Origin: Pasteurella multocida
Lineage (GTDB): Bacteria > Pseudomonadota > Gammaproteobacteria > Enterobacterales > Pasteurellaceae
Assembly (NCBI RefSeq): GCF_900187275.1
Contig: NZ_LT906458.1
Location: 960,001 to 992,000, forward strand
DNA length: 32,000 nucleotides
Direction: 5' to 3'
Shown piece after piece: positions 20,080-29,021 of this stretch (positions within the stretch are counted from its first letter, which is position 1; each line of letters begins with the position of its first letter). The notes beneath the pieces were generated by a model, which had not been told where the DNA came from, did not search any database, and worked only from the letters and a program-made list of their open reading frames with translations. Both the position numbers and the translations under genes were made by a program.

Positions 20080-21216
20080 TTAATTCGCTTTCCATTCACC
20101 ATTCACGGCTGTACCCAACACGTTAAAATCATTTGTGAATGCTGTTAAATTCGCGATTTTACCCACTTCAATTGAGCCAAGTTTATGGTCCACACCAATT
20201 GCTTTAGCAGGATAGTAATTACACATACGCAATGTCTCATCCAATGGAATGCCAACTTCCTGTACCGCATTTTTCACTGACTCAATCATCGTGATTGCAG
20301 CGCCACCTAATGTACCATTGCTATCATAGCATTTACCATCACGCACATAGACGGTTTTACCGACGAAAACAAAGGAGTCAATGTCTGCACCGGCTGCAGC
20401 AGTTGCATCTGTCACAATGCACAATTTGTCACCTTTTACTTTCTTGTCGAGTCGTATATTGCCATAATCAACGTGTAAACCATCCACAATAATACCTGTA
20501 TAGATATCAGAATCTAATACGGCGCCCACTACTCCCATCGCTCGTCCAGAGCTGATTGGTGACATTGCATTATGTAAATGGGTTGCAAAACTCGCCCCTT
20601 TCTCAATAGCCTGTTGTGCGACATCGTAAGTCGCATTCGAGTGTCCAAGCGAGACGATAATCCCTTTTTCAACAAAGTCTGGAATATACTGTGCCGTTGG
20701 ATTTTCGGCTGCCAACGTGATTTTAGTAATCACATCTGCATTATCACACAAGAATGTTTTCATTTCTGGGCTTATCGCACGAATATATTCTTCGCGATGT
20801 ACTCCTTTTTTCTCAACACTCAAATAAGGTCCTTCAAAGTGTAAACCTAATGCTTGATTTTTATACTGAGTTAAATACTCACGCATCACCTTCACTGCGT
20901 CTTTCATTCCTTCATCAGGTGACGTAATAAAGGTTGGTAAATAACTTGTCGTGCCGGATTTCAAATTAGTTTCTTGCATGATCTCTAACGTCTTCACGCT
21001 AATATCTTCATTAAACATCACGCCACCACAGCCATTTAATTGAAGATCAATAAAACCTGCGGTTAAATTATTCCCTTGTAAATCAATTTTCTGAAGATTT
21101 TCTGGCACGTCTTCTACGGGTAGAATTGCACTAATTTTATCGCCATCGACAACAAGCGCTTTACCATAAAGTACGTCTTTTGCAGTGTAAATTACGGCAT
21201 TAACAAACGCGTACAT
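20080..21216 (-). CDS. nagA: N-acetylglucosamine-6-phosphate deacetylase
   Basis: LTAGFIDLQLNGCGGVMFNE, LGLHFEGPYLS, SLGHSNATYD, THLHNAMSP, CIVTDATAAAG. Confidence 0.96.
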   Translation of the reverse strand: MYAFVNAVIYTAKDVLYGKALVVDGDKISAILPVEDVPENLQKIDLQGNNLTAGFIDLQLNGCGGVMFNEDISVKTLEIMQETNLKSGTTSYLPTFITSPDEGMKDAVKVMREYLTQYKNQALGLHFEGPYLSVEKKGVHREEYIRAISPEMKTFLCDNADVITKITLAAENPTAQYIPDFVEKGIIVSLGHSNATYDVAQQAIEKGASFATHLHNAMSPISSGRAMGVVGAVLDSDIYTGIIVDGLHVDYGNIRLDKKVKGDKLCIVTDATAAAGADIDSFVFVGKTVYVRDGKCYDSNGTLGGAAITMIESVKNAVQEVGIPLDETLRMCNYYPAKAIGVDHKLGSIEVGKIANLTAFTNDFNVLGTAVNGEWKAN

Positions 21217-21228
21217 GCTTATCTCCTT

Positions 21229-22032
21229 TTATTTCACGCTACGAATAGCAGAGGCTTCTAATTCAGTAAAATATTTAACTGTTTTCACTTTAAGCTCTTG
21301 CGTCGCAGGTTCATCACACACAATAATCGCTCGGCGATGCATTTGTAATGCGGTGACGGTCCATAAATGATTGATGCTACCTTCTACAGCGGCTTGTAAA
21401 GCTTGAGCTTTATTATAACCTGTGACTAAAATCATCACTTCTTCTGCATCAAGTAACGTCCCCACACCAATGGTGAGTGCATATTTAGGCACTTTATTCA
21501 CATCGTTATCAAAGAAACGTGAGTTGGCAATTAGCGTATCTTCTGTAAGCGTTTTTATACGCGTACGTGAGGAAAGGGATGAAGCCGGTTCATTAAAAGC
21601 AATATGGCCATCTACACCAACACCGCCCATAAATAAATGAATTTTGCCATAAGACTTGATTTTCTCTTCATAACGCTGACATTCGGCATCATGATCTTCG
21701 GTATTACCATTTAAGATATTGATATTTTTCTCTTGAATATCAACATGATCAAAAAAGTTTTTATACATGAAAGAATGGTAGCTTTCAGGATGTTCTTTTG
21801 GTAAACCAACATACTCATCCATATTGAAGGTCACAACATGTTTAAAGCTCACCTCACCCGCTTTATACAGCTCAATAAGCGCCTCATAGGTTTTCAGCGG
21901 AGTACCACCCGTAGGCAAACCTAATACGAATGGGCGCGCTTCTGTTGGTTGAAATTGATTAATACGATCAACAATATAACGTGCAGACCATTTTGCGACT
22001 TGATCAACATTGTGTAATGGAATTAAACGCAT
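21229..22032 (-). CDS. nagB: Glucosamine-6-phosphate deaminase
   Basis: [88 protein letters not shown]. Confidence 0.97.
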   Translation of the reverse strand: MRLIPLHNVDQVAKWSARYIVDRINQFQPTEARPFVLGLPTGGTPLKTYEALIELYKAGEVSFKHVVTFNMDEYVGLPKEHPESYHSFMYKNFFDHVDIQEKNINILNGNTEDHDAECQRYEEKIKSYGKIHLFMGGVGVDGHIAFNEPASSLSSRTRIKTLTEDTLIANSRFFDNDVNKVPKYALTIGVGTLLDAEEVMILVTGYNKAQALQAAVEGSINHLWTVTALQMHRRAIIVCDEPATQELKVKTVKYFTELEASAIRSVK

Positions 22033-22153
22033 AATGTGTTACCTCTTTTTGTATGTAAAATTACTGTGAAATCAAGGATTCCCCTATCGCCAACACCATT
22101 TTGAAATATTGCCATCAATTTTTTTTTCAACATGGAGTTTTGATTTTTTTTGC

Positions 22154-22183
22154 ATTATAAAATAAGTGATTTTAAATAGCCAA
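22154..22183 (-). promoter_or_regulatory. Putative sigma70 promoter for nagBA
   Basis: - strand TTGGCT - 18 bp - TATAAT. Confidence 0.55.
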
Positions 22184-22209
22184 TAAAAATTCATCCCCGT
22201 GGGATATTT

Positions 22210-22225
22210 AGTGATGAGAATCACA
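22210..22225. promoter_or_regulatory. Putative CRP site in nagB-nagE intergenic region
   Basis: AGTGA TGAGAA TCACA, 9 of 10 conserved half-site bases of TGTGA-N6-TCACA. Confidence 0.65.
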
Positions 22226-22242
22226 AAAACAACAGTTTTAAT

Positions 22243-22270
22243 TTGCAATAGAAAATTATCAGCATATAGT
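22243..22270 (+). promoter_or_regulatory. Putative sigma70 promoter for nagE
   Basis: TTGCAA - 16 bp - TATAGT. Confidence 0.5.
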
Positions 22271-22283
22271 TAGAGACGCTTGA

Positions 22284-22299
22284 GAAAACGTTTACTTTT
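22284..22299. promoter_or_regulatory. LacI-family-like operator upstream of nagE
   Basis: GAAAACGTTTACTT core; reverse complement AAGTAAACGTTTTCTC resembles the PurR consensus ACGCAAACGTTTTCGT and, more loosely, the Cra consensus. Confidence 0.4.
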
Positions 22300-22340
22300 T
22301 TCTCAACAAAATCGAGAGAAAAATATAAAAAGGAGTTCCT

Positions 22341-23798
22341 ATGAGCATTCTAAGTTACTTACAAAGAATTGGGCAAGCATTAATGGTGCCAGTTGCTGCA
22401 CTACCTGCTGCCGCTATCTTAATGGGTATTGGTTACTGGATTGACCCGAATGGTTGGGGTGGAGAAAGTCAGCTTGCTGCCTTCTTGATCAAGTCTGGTG
22501 CCGCCATTATTGACAACATGGCAATTCTGTTCGCCGTTGGTGTGGCATTTGGTATGTCTAAAGATAAACATGGTTCAGCCGCACTGTCGGGCTTAGTGGG
22601 CTTTTTAGTTGTCACCACCTTGCTTTCTCCAGGTGCCGTTGCACAATTACAAGGCATTGCTGCCGATCAAGTCCCTGCCGCATTTGGCAAAATTAACAAC
22701 CAATTTATTGGGATTTTAGTTGGGGTTATTTCTGCTGAATTATATAACCGCTTCCATCAAGTTGAATTACCACCAGCGTTAGCCTTCTTCAGTGGTAAAC
22801 GTTTAGTACCTATCGTGACCTCTGTCGTGATGATCGTTGTGTCTTTCATCCTCATGTACTTATGGCCAGTCATTTTTAATGGTTTAGTTGGTTTTGGTAA
22901 ATCGATCACGGATATTGGCGCAACTGGGGCGGGTATCTATGGTTTCTTAAACCGTCTCTTAATTCCAGTCGGCTTACACCACGCTTTAAACTCAGTGTTC
23001 TGGTTCAATGTGGCGGGTATCAACGATATTCCTAATTTCTTAGGTGGTGCACAATCTCTTGCAAATGGTACTGCCGTTCTTGGTGTAACAGGAATGTATC
23101 AAGCTGGTTTCTTCCCTGTTATGATGTTCGGTTTACCTGCCGCCGCATTAGCAATCTATCATAGTGCAAAACCTGGTAAAAAAGCACAAGTTGCCTCATT
23201 AATGATTGCCGCCTCATTAGCTTCATTCTTCACAGGGGTAACAGAGCCATTAGAATTTGCGTTCATGTTTGTGGCGCCAGTCTTATACGTCATTCACGCT
23301 TTATTAACTGGTCTGTCTGTCTTTATTGCAGCCTCAATGCAATGGATGGCAGGTTTTGGTTTCAGTGCTGGTTTCGTTGATATGGTACTTTCTTCACAAA
23401 ACCCACTGGCTAAAGATTGGTACATGTTACTCGTACAAGGTCTTGTATTCGGTGTGATTTACTATGTCATCTTCCGTGCTGCAATCAAAGCGTTCAATTT
23501 AAAAACACCAGGCCGTGAAGAAGAGGAAGTGGAAATCAATGTGAAAAAAGACGCCTCTCGTGAAGAACGTGCGGCTAACTTCATCGTTGCATTGGGTGGT
23601 AAAGACAACTTCCAAGCTATCGATGCTTGTATTACTCGCTTACGTTTAACATTAGTTGATCGTAGCAAAGTGAATGAAGAGCAATTAAAAGCACTAGGCT
23701 CAAAAGGTAATGTCAAATTAGGTGACAATGGTTTACAAGTGATTCTTGGACCTGAAGCTGAGCTAGTAGCGGATGCAATCAAACAACAAGTCAAGTAA
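22341..23798 (+). CDS. nagE: PTS N-acetylglucosamine-type transporter EIICB (no EIIA domain)
   Basis: MSILSYLQRIGQALMVPVAALPAAAILMGIGYWIDP EIIC; C-terminal EIIB with phosphocysteine motif AIDACITRLRLTL; ends after EIIB at 485 aa. Confidence 0.93.
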   Translation: MSILSYLQRIGQALMVPVAALPAAAILMGIGYWIDPNGWGGESQLAAFLIKSGAAIIDNMAILFAVGVAFGMSKDKHGSAALSGLVGFLVVTTLLSPGAVAQLQGIAADQVPAAFGKINNQFIGILVGVISAELYNRFHQVELPPALAFFSGKRLVPIVTSVVMIVVSFILMYLWPVIFNGLVGFGKSITDIGATGAGIYGFLNRLLIPVGLHHALNSVFWFNVAGINDIPNFLGGAQSLANGTAVLGVTGMYQAGFFPVMMFGLPAAALAIYHSAKPGKKAQVASLMIAASLASFFTGVTEPLEFAFMFVAPVLYVIHALLTGLSVFIAASMQWMAGFGFSAGFVDMVLSSQNPLAKDWYMLLVQGLVFGVIYYVIFRAAIKAFNLKTPGREEEEVEINVKKDASREERAANFIVALGGKDNFQAIDACITRLRLTLVDRSKVNEEQLKALGSKGNVKLGDNGLQVILGPEAELVADAIKQQVK

Positions 23799-23815
23799 CA
23801 TATTTACTTGAAAAC

Positions 23816-23850
23816 AAGGGCGAAAAATTATTATTTTTCGCCCTTTTCTC
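23816..23850 (+). terminator. Intrinsic terminator of nagE
   Basis: AAGGGCGAAAAAT tatt ATTTTTCGCCCTTTTCTCTTTT. Confidence 0.9.
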
Positions 23851-23883
23851 TTTTGTAAATACCGTCAAATCCTACGACATCAA

Positions 23884-25833
23884 TTAGCCTGATTTACTTA
23901 AATTTTGTTTTTCCTCTAAGCTTTCCCAACGCATAAACGCTTCTTCTAATGCTTGCTCAGCTTCGGCTAATGCTTGCAATTTTGCAGAGGTGTATTCATG
24001 CGATTGCTGAAAAAATTCACTACCCGCAATTTCAGCTTGTAAGGAATTGATTTCCGCTTCTAACGTTTCCAAACGTTGGGGCAATTGTTCTAACTCGCGT
24101 TGTTCTTTATAAGTCAGTTTTATTGCTTTGGTTTGAGATTTGTTGGAAACAGAATTTTTCGTGATATCGACCGCACTTTCTAAACTTGCAGGCTTTTTCT
24201 GTTTCAACACGGCTTGTTCTGCTTTATGCGCAAAATAGTTAGCTTGTTGCTGTTTCGCTTCATGGAATCCACCGACATATTCATTCACAATCCCTTCGCC
24301 TTCAAAAATGAAACATTCCGCAGCGGTATTATCAATAAATTGGCGATCGTGACTCACGATTAATAGCGTACCCTGATAGTCTGTTAGAATTTCTTCTAAT
24401 AGTTCCAGCGTTTCAACATCAAGATCATTGGTCGGTTCATCCAAAATCAGTAAGTTGTTAGGTTTGAGTAATAATTTTGCTAACAATAAACGGTTCCGCT
24501 CTCCACCTGATAACGCTTTCACAGGTGTCATCGCCCGCTTCGGAGGAAAGAGAAAATCTTGTAAATAACCTAAGACATGACGTTTAATGCCATTCACTTC
24601 AATATCTTGTTTGCCGTCAGCCACATTATCCATCACCGTTTTTTCTGGATCAAGTTCAGCACGATATTGATCAAAATAAGCAATATCCAATTTGGTCCCA
24701 CAACGTACAGTACCTGAAGTTGGTTGAATTTCACCAAGTAACAATTTAATAAATGTCGTCTTACCACAACCATTCGGTCCCACTAAGGCAATTTTATCAC
24801 CTCGTAAAATGGTGGTACTGAAATCTTTTAATAAGGTTTTGCCTGCCACTTGATAAGTCACATTGTCCATCTCAAACACCATTTTGCCTGAACGACTAGA
24901 ATTATCGAGTTGGAGTTTTGCCGTACCAAGTACTTCACGACGTTGACGACGTTCTTCACGCAAAGCTTTTAAGGCGCGAACTCGTCCCTCATTACGCGTT
25001 CTACGTGCTTTAATCCCCTGTCGAATCCAAACTTCTTCTTGAGCCAATTTTTTATCAAATAACTCATTTTGTAGGGCCTCTACGCGGAGATTTTCTTCTT
25101 TTGTACTAAGGTATAAATCATAATCCCCCGGATAAGACACTAATTTGCCACGGTCTAAATCCACAATACGGGTCGCCATTTTACGAATAAAAGCGCGGTC
25201 ATGAGAAATAAAAATAATGCTCCCCGAAAAACCAAGTAAAAAGTTTTCTAACCATTCAATCGCATCCACATCTAAATGGTTGGTCGGTTCATCTAATAAC
25301 AACACATCAGGATCACAAACAAGCGCACGGGCTAATGCGGCTTTACGTAACCAACCACCCGATAATTCAGATAACAAGGTATCCGGATGTAAAGATAATG
25401 TCGCCAACACGTCTTTAATTTTACTTTCAAAACGCCAAGCGTCCGCATGATCTAACTTTGCTTGCACTTGTGCCAGTTGATTTAAGACCACATCACTGCA
25501 GTCCTGTTCCAACAACAAAGAAATGCGATGGTAATCTTTTAATAAATCGGCTAAATGTTCAATGCCTTCGGCGACATAATCAAACACATTGCCACTCGCA
25601 TGACGCGGTGGATCTTGCTCTAAACGGGACACGACAATCTCTTTTTCAAACTGTAAACGCCCATCATCCATGATGACATCACCCGCCAAGATTTTCATTA
25701 GCGTAGATTTACCTGCGCCATTACGTCCAACTAAACAAACCCGCTCACCGGCTTCAATATGCAAGTCGGTATGATCTAATAAAGGATGATCACTAAAGGA
25801 AAGATATCCATTGGTGAGAGAAATGAGTGCCAT
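23884..25833 (-). CDS. uup: ABC-F family ATPase Uup
   Basis: Two ABC ATPase domains (GRNGAGKST / GPNGCGKTT; LSGGWLRKAALARAL / LSGGERNRLLLAKLL), FISHDRAFIRKMA, and a C-terminal coiled coil. Confidence 0.94.
   Translation of the reverse strand: MALISLTNGYLSFSDHPLLDHTDLHIEAGERVCLVGRNGAGKSTLMKILAGDVIMDDGRLQFEKEIVVSRLEQDPPRHASGNVFDYVAEGIEHLADLLKDYHRISLLLEQDCSDVVLNQLAQVQAKLDHADAWRFESKIKDVLATLSLHPDTLLSELSGGWLRKAALARALVCDPDVLLLDEPTNHLDVDAIEWLENFLLGFSGSIIFISHDRAFIRKMATRIVDLDRGKLVSYPGDYDLYLSTKEENLRVEALQNELFDKKLAQEEVWIRQGIKARRTRNEGRVRALKALREERRQRREVLGTAKLQLDNSSRSGKMVFEMDNVTYQVAGKTLLKDFSTTILRGDKIALVGPNGCGKTTFIKLLLGEIQPTSGTVRCGTKLDIAYFDQYRAELDPEKTVMDNVADGKQDIEVNGIKRHVLGYLQDFLFPPKRAMTPVKALSGGERNRLLLAKLLLKPNNLLILDEPTNDLDVETLELLEEILTDYQGTLLIVSHDRQFIDNTAAECFIFEGEGIVNEYVGGFHEAKQQQANYFAHKAEQAVLKQKKPASLESAVDITKNSVSNKSQTKAIKLTYKEQRELEQLPQRLETLEAEINSLQAEIAGSEFFQQSHEYTSAKLQALAEAEQALEEAFMRWESLEEKQNLSKSG
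24170..24178 (-). repeat. DNA uptake sequence core (in uup)
   Basis: accgcactt. Confidence 0.9.
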
Positions 25834-25948
25834 AATGCCTCTTTGTTAAAATACTTTTTATAAAAATACAAATGCTGTTTTCACAACAGGGATAAGCACA
25901 TTATCCACATTGTCTAGACTGCGTTGACCAACATTACAGACAGTAATC

Positions 25949-27301
25949 CTATAACTGTTGATAAACTCGCAAGGCATAGGCATCAGACATACCCGCCATG
26001 TAATCACAGATAACCCGTTTTTTGCCTTCTTTGCTTGCCTGTTGCCAACGCTTGGCGGTATTACGTGGTAGTAAACGTTCTGGATCAGATTCAAAAATTT
26101 GGAACATTTCCGTTAAGATACGTTGTCCTTTGTATTCAATCCGTTGTGTATCAACATTTAAGATCACATGATCACGTACAAATGCTTTAAAAATCTGCAA
26201 TACTGCTTCCACTTCTGCTGGTAACTGCGCATTATAGCGTAATAATGGTTCATTAAAATCGTCCGTTAATGTCCAACGTACGCTTGTGATAAAATAATTG
26301 ACGAGCGCACCAATGGCGTTTTTACGTAAATAATGCTGATCCGAAAAAAGCTTTTCCGTGATAGCATCAATATGTTTTTGAATCCATTCAGACGGACAAT
26401 TTTTCAAAGCGGTGAGCGCACTTTGCCATTGGTGTAAATTCACCATCCCCACCACAATCGCGTCTTCTAAATCATGCACCCCATAAGCAATGTCATCAGC
26501 TAATTCCATGAGGCTACAATCTAACGACTTGAATTTGGTTTTTAAAATTTGGCTAGGATCTGACCGCACTTGTTTAAATTGCCCAAATAAATCACGATCT
26601 TTTACTGACAGCGGTTCCAGTAGCCACTCAAACATCGGCAAATCATCACGAAAGAGTCCTTTTCCTGGTCGCCACCCATTCATCTTGACATAACGCGAAT
26701 CGGCATTTGGTTCTGGAGCGAGTTCGGCATATTGGGCTGAAGAAATATCTAAAATCGTTGGGTATTTCACAATACCCAAAAGGGTACGGCGAGTTAAATT
26801 CATCCCTGCATTTGGTGTATAAGGTTCTAATTTGGTGAGTAAGCGAAATGTTTGTGCGTTACCTTCAAATCCACCATGCTCTCGCATCATGTAATTCAGT
26901 GCGACTTCGCCACCATGACCAAAAGGAGGATGACCGATATCATGAGCAAAACATAAACTTTCAATCAGATCATTACTCGGCAACAAGCCTTTCAACGTTT
27001 TTTGTAATTCTGTTTTATCTTGTTGCATTTGCTGCGCTAAGGCAGTAAATGCCTCACTAAAACGCATTTGTGCAACCAAACTGCTACCGATTTGTGCTAC
27101 TTCTAAGGAATGTGTCAGACGTGTGCGATAAAAATCATTCTCACCAACCGCATGAATTTGTGTTTTTGCCTGCAAACAACGAAATGCGGCGGAATGTAAA
27201 ATACGCCCTCGATCTCGACGGAAAGGCGGGCGATGATCTTTTTCACGCGGTTTATCCGCAATAAAGCGTGATTGCCAAATTGGATCAACTTGATTATTCA
27301 T
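25949..27301 (-). CDS. dgt: Deoxyguanosinetriphosphate triphosphohydrolase-like protein
   Basis: HD domain: [75 protein letters not shown]. Likely start MNNQVDPIW at 27301 rather than 27346. Confidence 0.9.
   Translation of the reverse strand: MNNQVDPIWQSRFIADKPREKDHRPPFRRDRGRILHSAAFRCLQAKTQIHAVGENDFYRTRLTHSLEVAQIGSSLVAQMRFSEAFTALAQQMQQDKTELQKTLKGLLPSNDLIESLCFAHDIGHPPFGHGGEVALNYMMREHGGFEGNAQTFRLLTKLEPYTPNAGMNLTRRTLLGIVKYPTILDISSAQYAELAPEPNADSRYVKMNGWRPGKGLFRDDLPMFEWLLEPLSVKDRDLFGQFKQVRSDPSQILKTKFKSLDCSLMELADDIAYGVHDLEDAIVVGMVNLHQWQSALTALKNCPSEWIQKHIDAITEKLFSDQHYLRKNAIGALVNYFITSVRWTLTDDFNEPLLRYNAQLPAEVEAVLQIFKAFVRDHVILNVDTQRIEYKGQRILTEMFQIFESDPERLLPRNTAKRWQQASKEGKKRVICDYMAGMSDAYALRVYQQL
26563..26571 (-). 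repeat. DNA uptake sequence core (in dgt)
   Basis: accgcactt. Confidence 0.9.
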
Positions 27302-27302
27302 A

Positions 27303-28001
27303 CTATGCCATAAAGAAATAAAGGATTTTAAAGGTGATCGGTGCAAGAATAGACGTCATAATGCCACATAATACGAGGGCAATGGAACTATAACTGCCAG
27401 CTTTTTGATCGCTTTCCATGCAAGTGACTGTACCTAAGGCATGGGAAATGGCACCAATGGCTAATCCTCGCGCTTCCGCATGTTTGACTTTTAATTTTTT
27501 TAACGTAAGCAAACCTAGTACAGAACCTTGTAATCCCGCTATCACAACCCCCACCGCAGCAATCGAGGGTATGCCACCCAATCCTTGAGACACCGCCATC
27601 GCAATAGGCGTCGTGACCGATTTCGGCAATACTGTGGCAACCATTTCTGGTGTGGCGCCTAAGTATAAGGCTAAACCAGCGCCTGAAAGCATAGAAAGCA
27701 ATGAAGCCAAGCATGTTATCAATAAAATATTTTTCCAATAACGACTAATTTGATGTAACTGTTCATATAATGGTACGGCAAGCGCGACAATACTGATACC
27801 TAATAAATTATTTAAGGGCGCATTGCCTTGTAAATAATCATCATAAGAAATGTCAATGGTTAACAAGATGACCACGAGCAAGGTCACAGTTAAAACAAAG
27901 GAATTGAATAAAATCGATTTCCAATGTCGGCTGATTTTCACCGCCACTGCGAAGGCAAGCAACGTTAAAAAAGAATAACCATACAGACTCCAATTCATCA
28001 T
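27303..28001 (-). CDS. LrgB/CidB family membrane protein (YohK-like)
   Basis: [51 protein letters not shown] and [37 protein letters not shown] are LrgB hallmarks. Confidence 0.93.
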   Translation of the reverse strand: MMNWSLYGYSFLTLLAFAVAVKISRHWKSILFNSFVLTVTLLVVILLTIDISYDDYLQGNAPLNNLLGISIVALAVPLYEQLHQISRYWKNILLITCLASLLSMLSGAGLALYLGATPEMVATVLPKSVTTPIAMAVSQGLGGIPSIAAVGVVIAGLQGSVLGLLTLKKLKVKHAEARGLAIGAISHALGTVTCMESDQKAGSYSSIALVLCGIMTSILAPITFKILYFFMA

Positions 28002-28408
28002 ACTTTCTCCGCTTGTTTTCTGGCGACTTTTTTACGTAAATGAGAAAAAGAGCTTAAGGAAAATAAATAATCTGAAAGTAAACCGACAACAATCAATGTT
28101 AAGAAAGTGCTTACAATATTAGGTAATAACAAGACGTTCATTTGGCTAAATAACACATCCGCATATTTTATCACCCCAACACTCACTGGCACGAATAATA
28201 GTGCCATATAACGAATTAATAAACTGGCTGAACATAACACCCAATCTAACTTAATTATCCTAAACGTTAACCCCAAAAATAACAGTAACAATCCCCAAAT
28301 ACTGGCAGGAATACCAATATTAAGATGATGTGCAATCCACTCACCGATGAATAACATCAAATACAAAATCCCGCATGAACGAGCTAAATCAACTATTTTC
28401 CGAGTCAT
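27998..28408 (-). CDS. LrgA/CidA family membrane protein (YohJ-like)
   Basis: GILYLMLFIGEWIAHHLNIGIPASIWGLLLLFLGLTFRI, FVPVSVGVIKY. Start probably ATG at 28408 (MTRKIVDLARSCGI); overlaps the lrgB start by 4 nt. Confidence 0.9.
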   Translation of the reverse strand: MTRKIVDLARSCGILYLMLFIGEWIAHHLNIGIPASIWGLLLLFLGLTFRIIKLDWVLCSASLLIRYMALLFVPVSVGVIKYADVLFSQMNVLLLPNIVSTFLTLIVVGLLSDYLFSLSSFSHLRKKVARKQAEKV

Positions 28409-28537
28409 TTTTACTCCATCGTTGTTGACAATAAAACACATTGTCTTAATAAAAATGAGGGAATATTTTACTCCCATTTTGTTTCTTTTGTTAGTTTTTA
28501 GGTAGAATATGTGCATTTTATAAGGATTTTTCATAAT

Positions 28538-29020
28538 ATGTATAAAAAATTAGCGCTTATCACCCTGTGTTGTCTATGTTTTACACACTGCAGTCAAGCC
28601 AGTCGTTCGATACCTTGTCAGGTGATTGGTATTACCGATGGCGACACGTTAACTTGTCTATTACAAAACAAGAAATCGCTTCGTGTTCGCTTAGCTGAAA
28701 TTGATGCGCCAGAAAAAAACCAACCTTTCGGTACGAAATCAAAACAATTTCTCGCGAAATTAGTCTATAAAAAGCCGGTACAATTCCGCATTTTAGGTAA
28801 AGACCACTACCAACGCACTTTAGCTGTTGTTTATAATGCACAGCACGAAAATGTGAATATCGAAATGGTGAAATCTGGTATGGCTTGGGCATATCCGCGT
28901 TATAATCACGATCCAATGTATTTGCGCGCGCAACAAGCCGCCATGAAAGCCCGTCTTGGATTATGGCAAGACACTCACCCAATCCCTCCTGAGCAATGGC
29001 GCAGACAAAAGAGAAAATAA
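28538..29020 (+). CDS. Secreted thermonuclease-like (SNase family) endonuclease
   Basis: Signal peptide MYKKLALITLCCLCFTHCSQA, then VIGITDGDTLTCLL..LRVRLAEIDAPEKNQPFG..SK..F and GMAWAYPRY SNase motifs. Confidence 0.9.
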   Translation: MYKKLALITLCCLCFTHCSQASRSIPCQVIGITDGDTLTCLLQNKKSLRVRLAEIDAPEKNQPFGTKSKQFLAKLVYKKPVQFRILGKDHYQRTLAVVYNAQHENVNIEMVKSGMAWAYPRYNHDPMYLRAQQAAMKARLGLWQDTHPIPPEQWRRQKRK

Positions 29021-29021
29021 G

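Noticed and set aside
25858-26094. 78-aa - strand ORF ([20 protein letters not shown]...) at the dgt 3' end
   Set aside because: Overlaps dgt coding sequence in another frame and has no recognisable motif.
27388-27738. 116-aa + strand ORF antisense to lrgB
   Set aside because: Entirely within lrgB and antisense; composition reflects the complementary LrgB codons.
28956-29021. csdA ORF start at 28956 (MDYGKTLTQSLLSNGADKRENK)
   Set aside because: Those codons overlap the nuclease gene end out of frame; cysteine desulfurase homology starts at MAFNPSVFKQHFP (29022).
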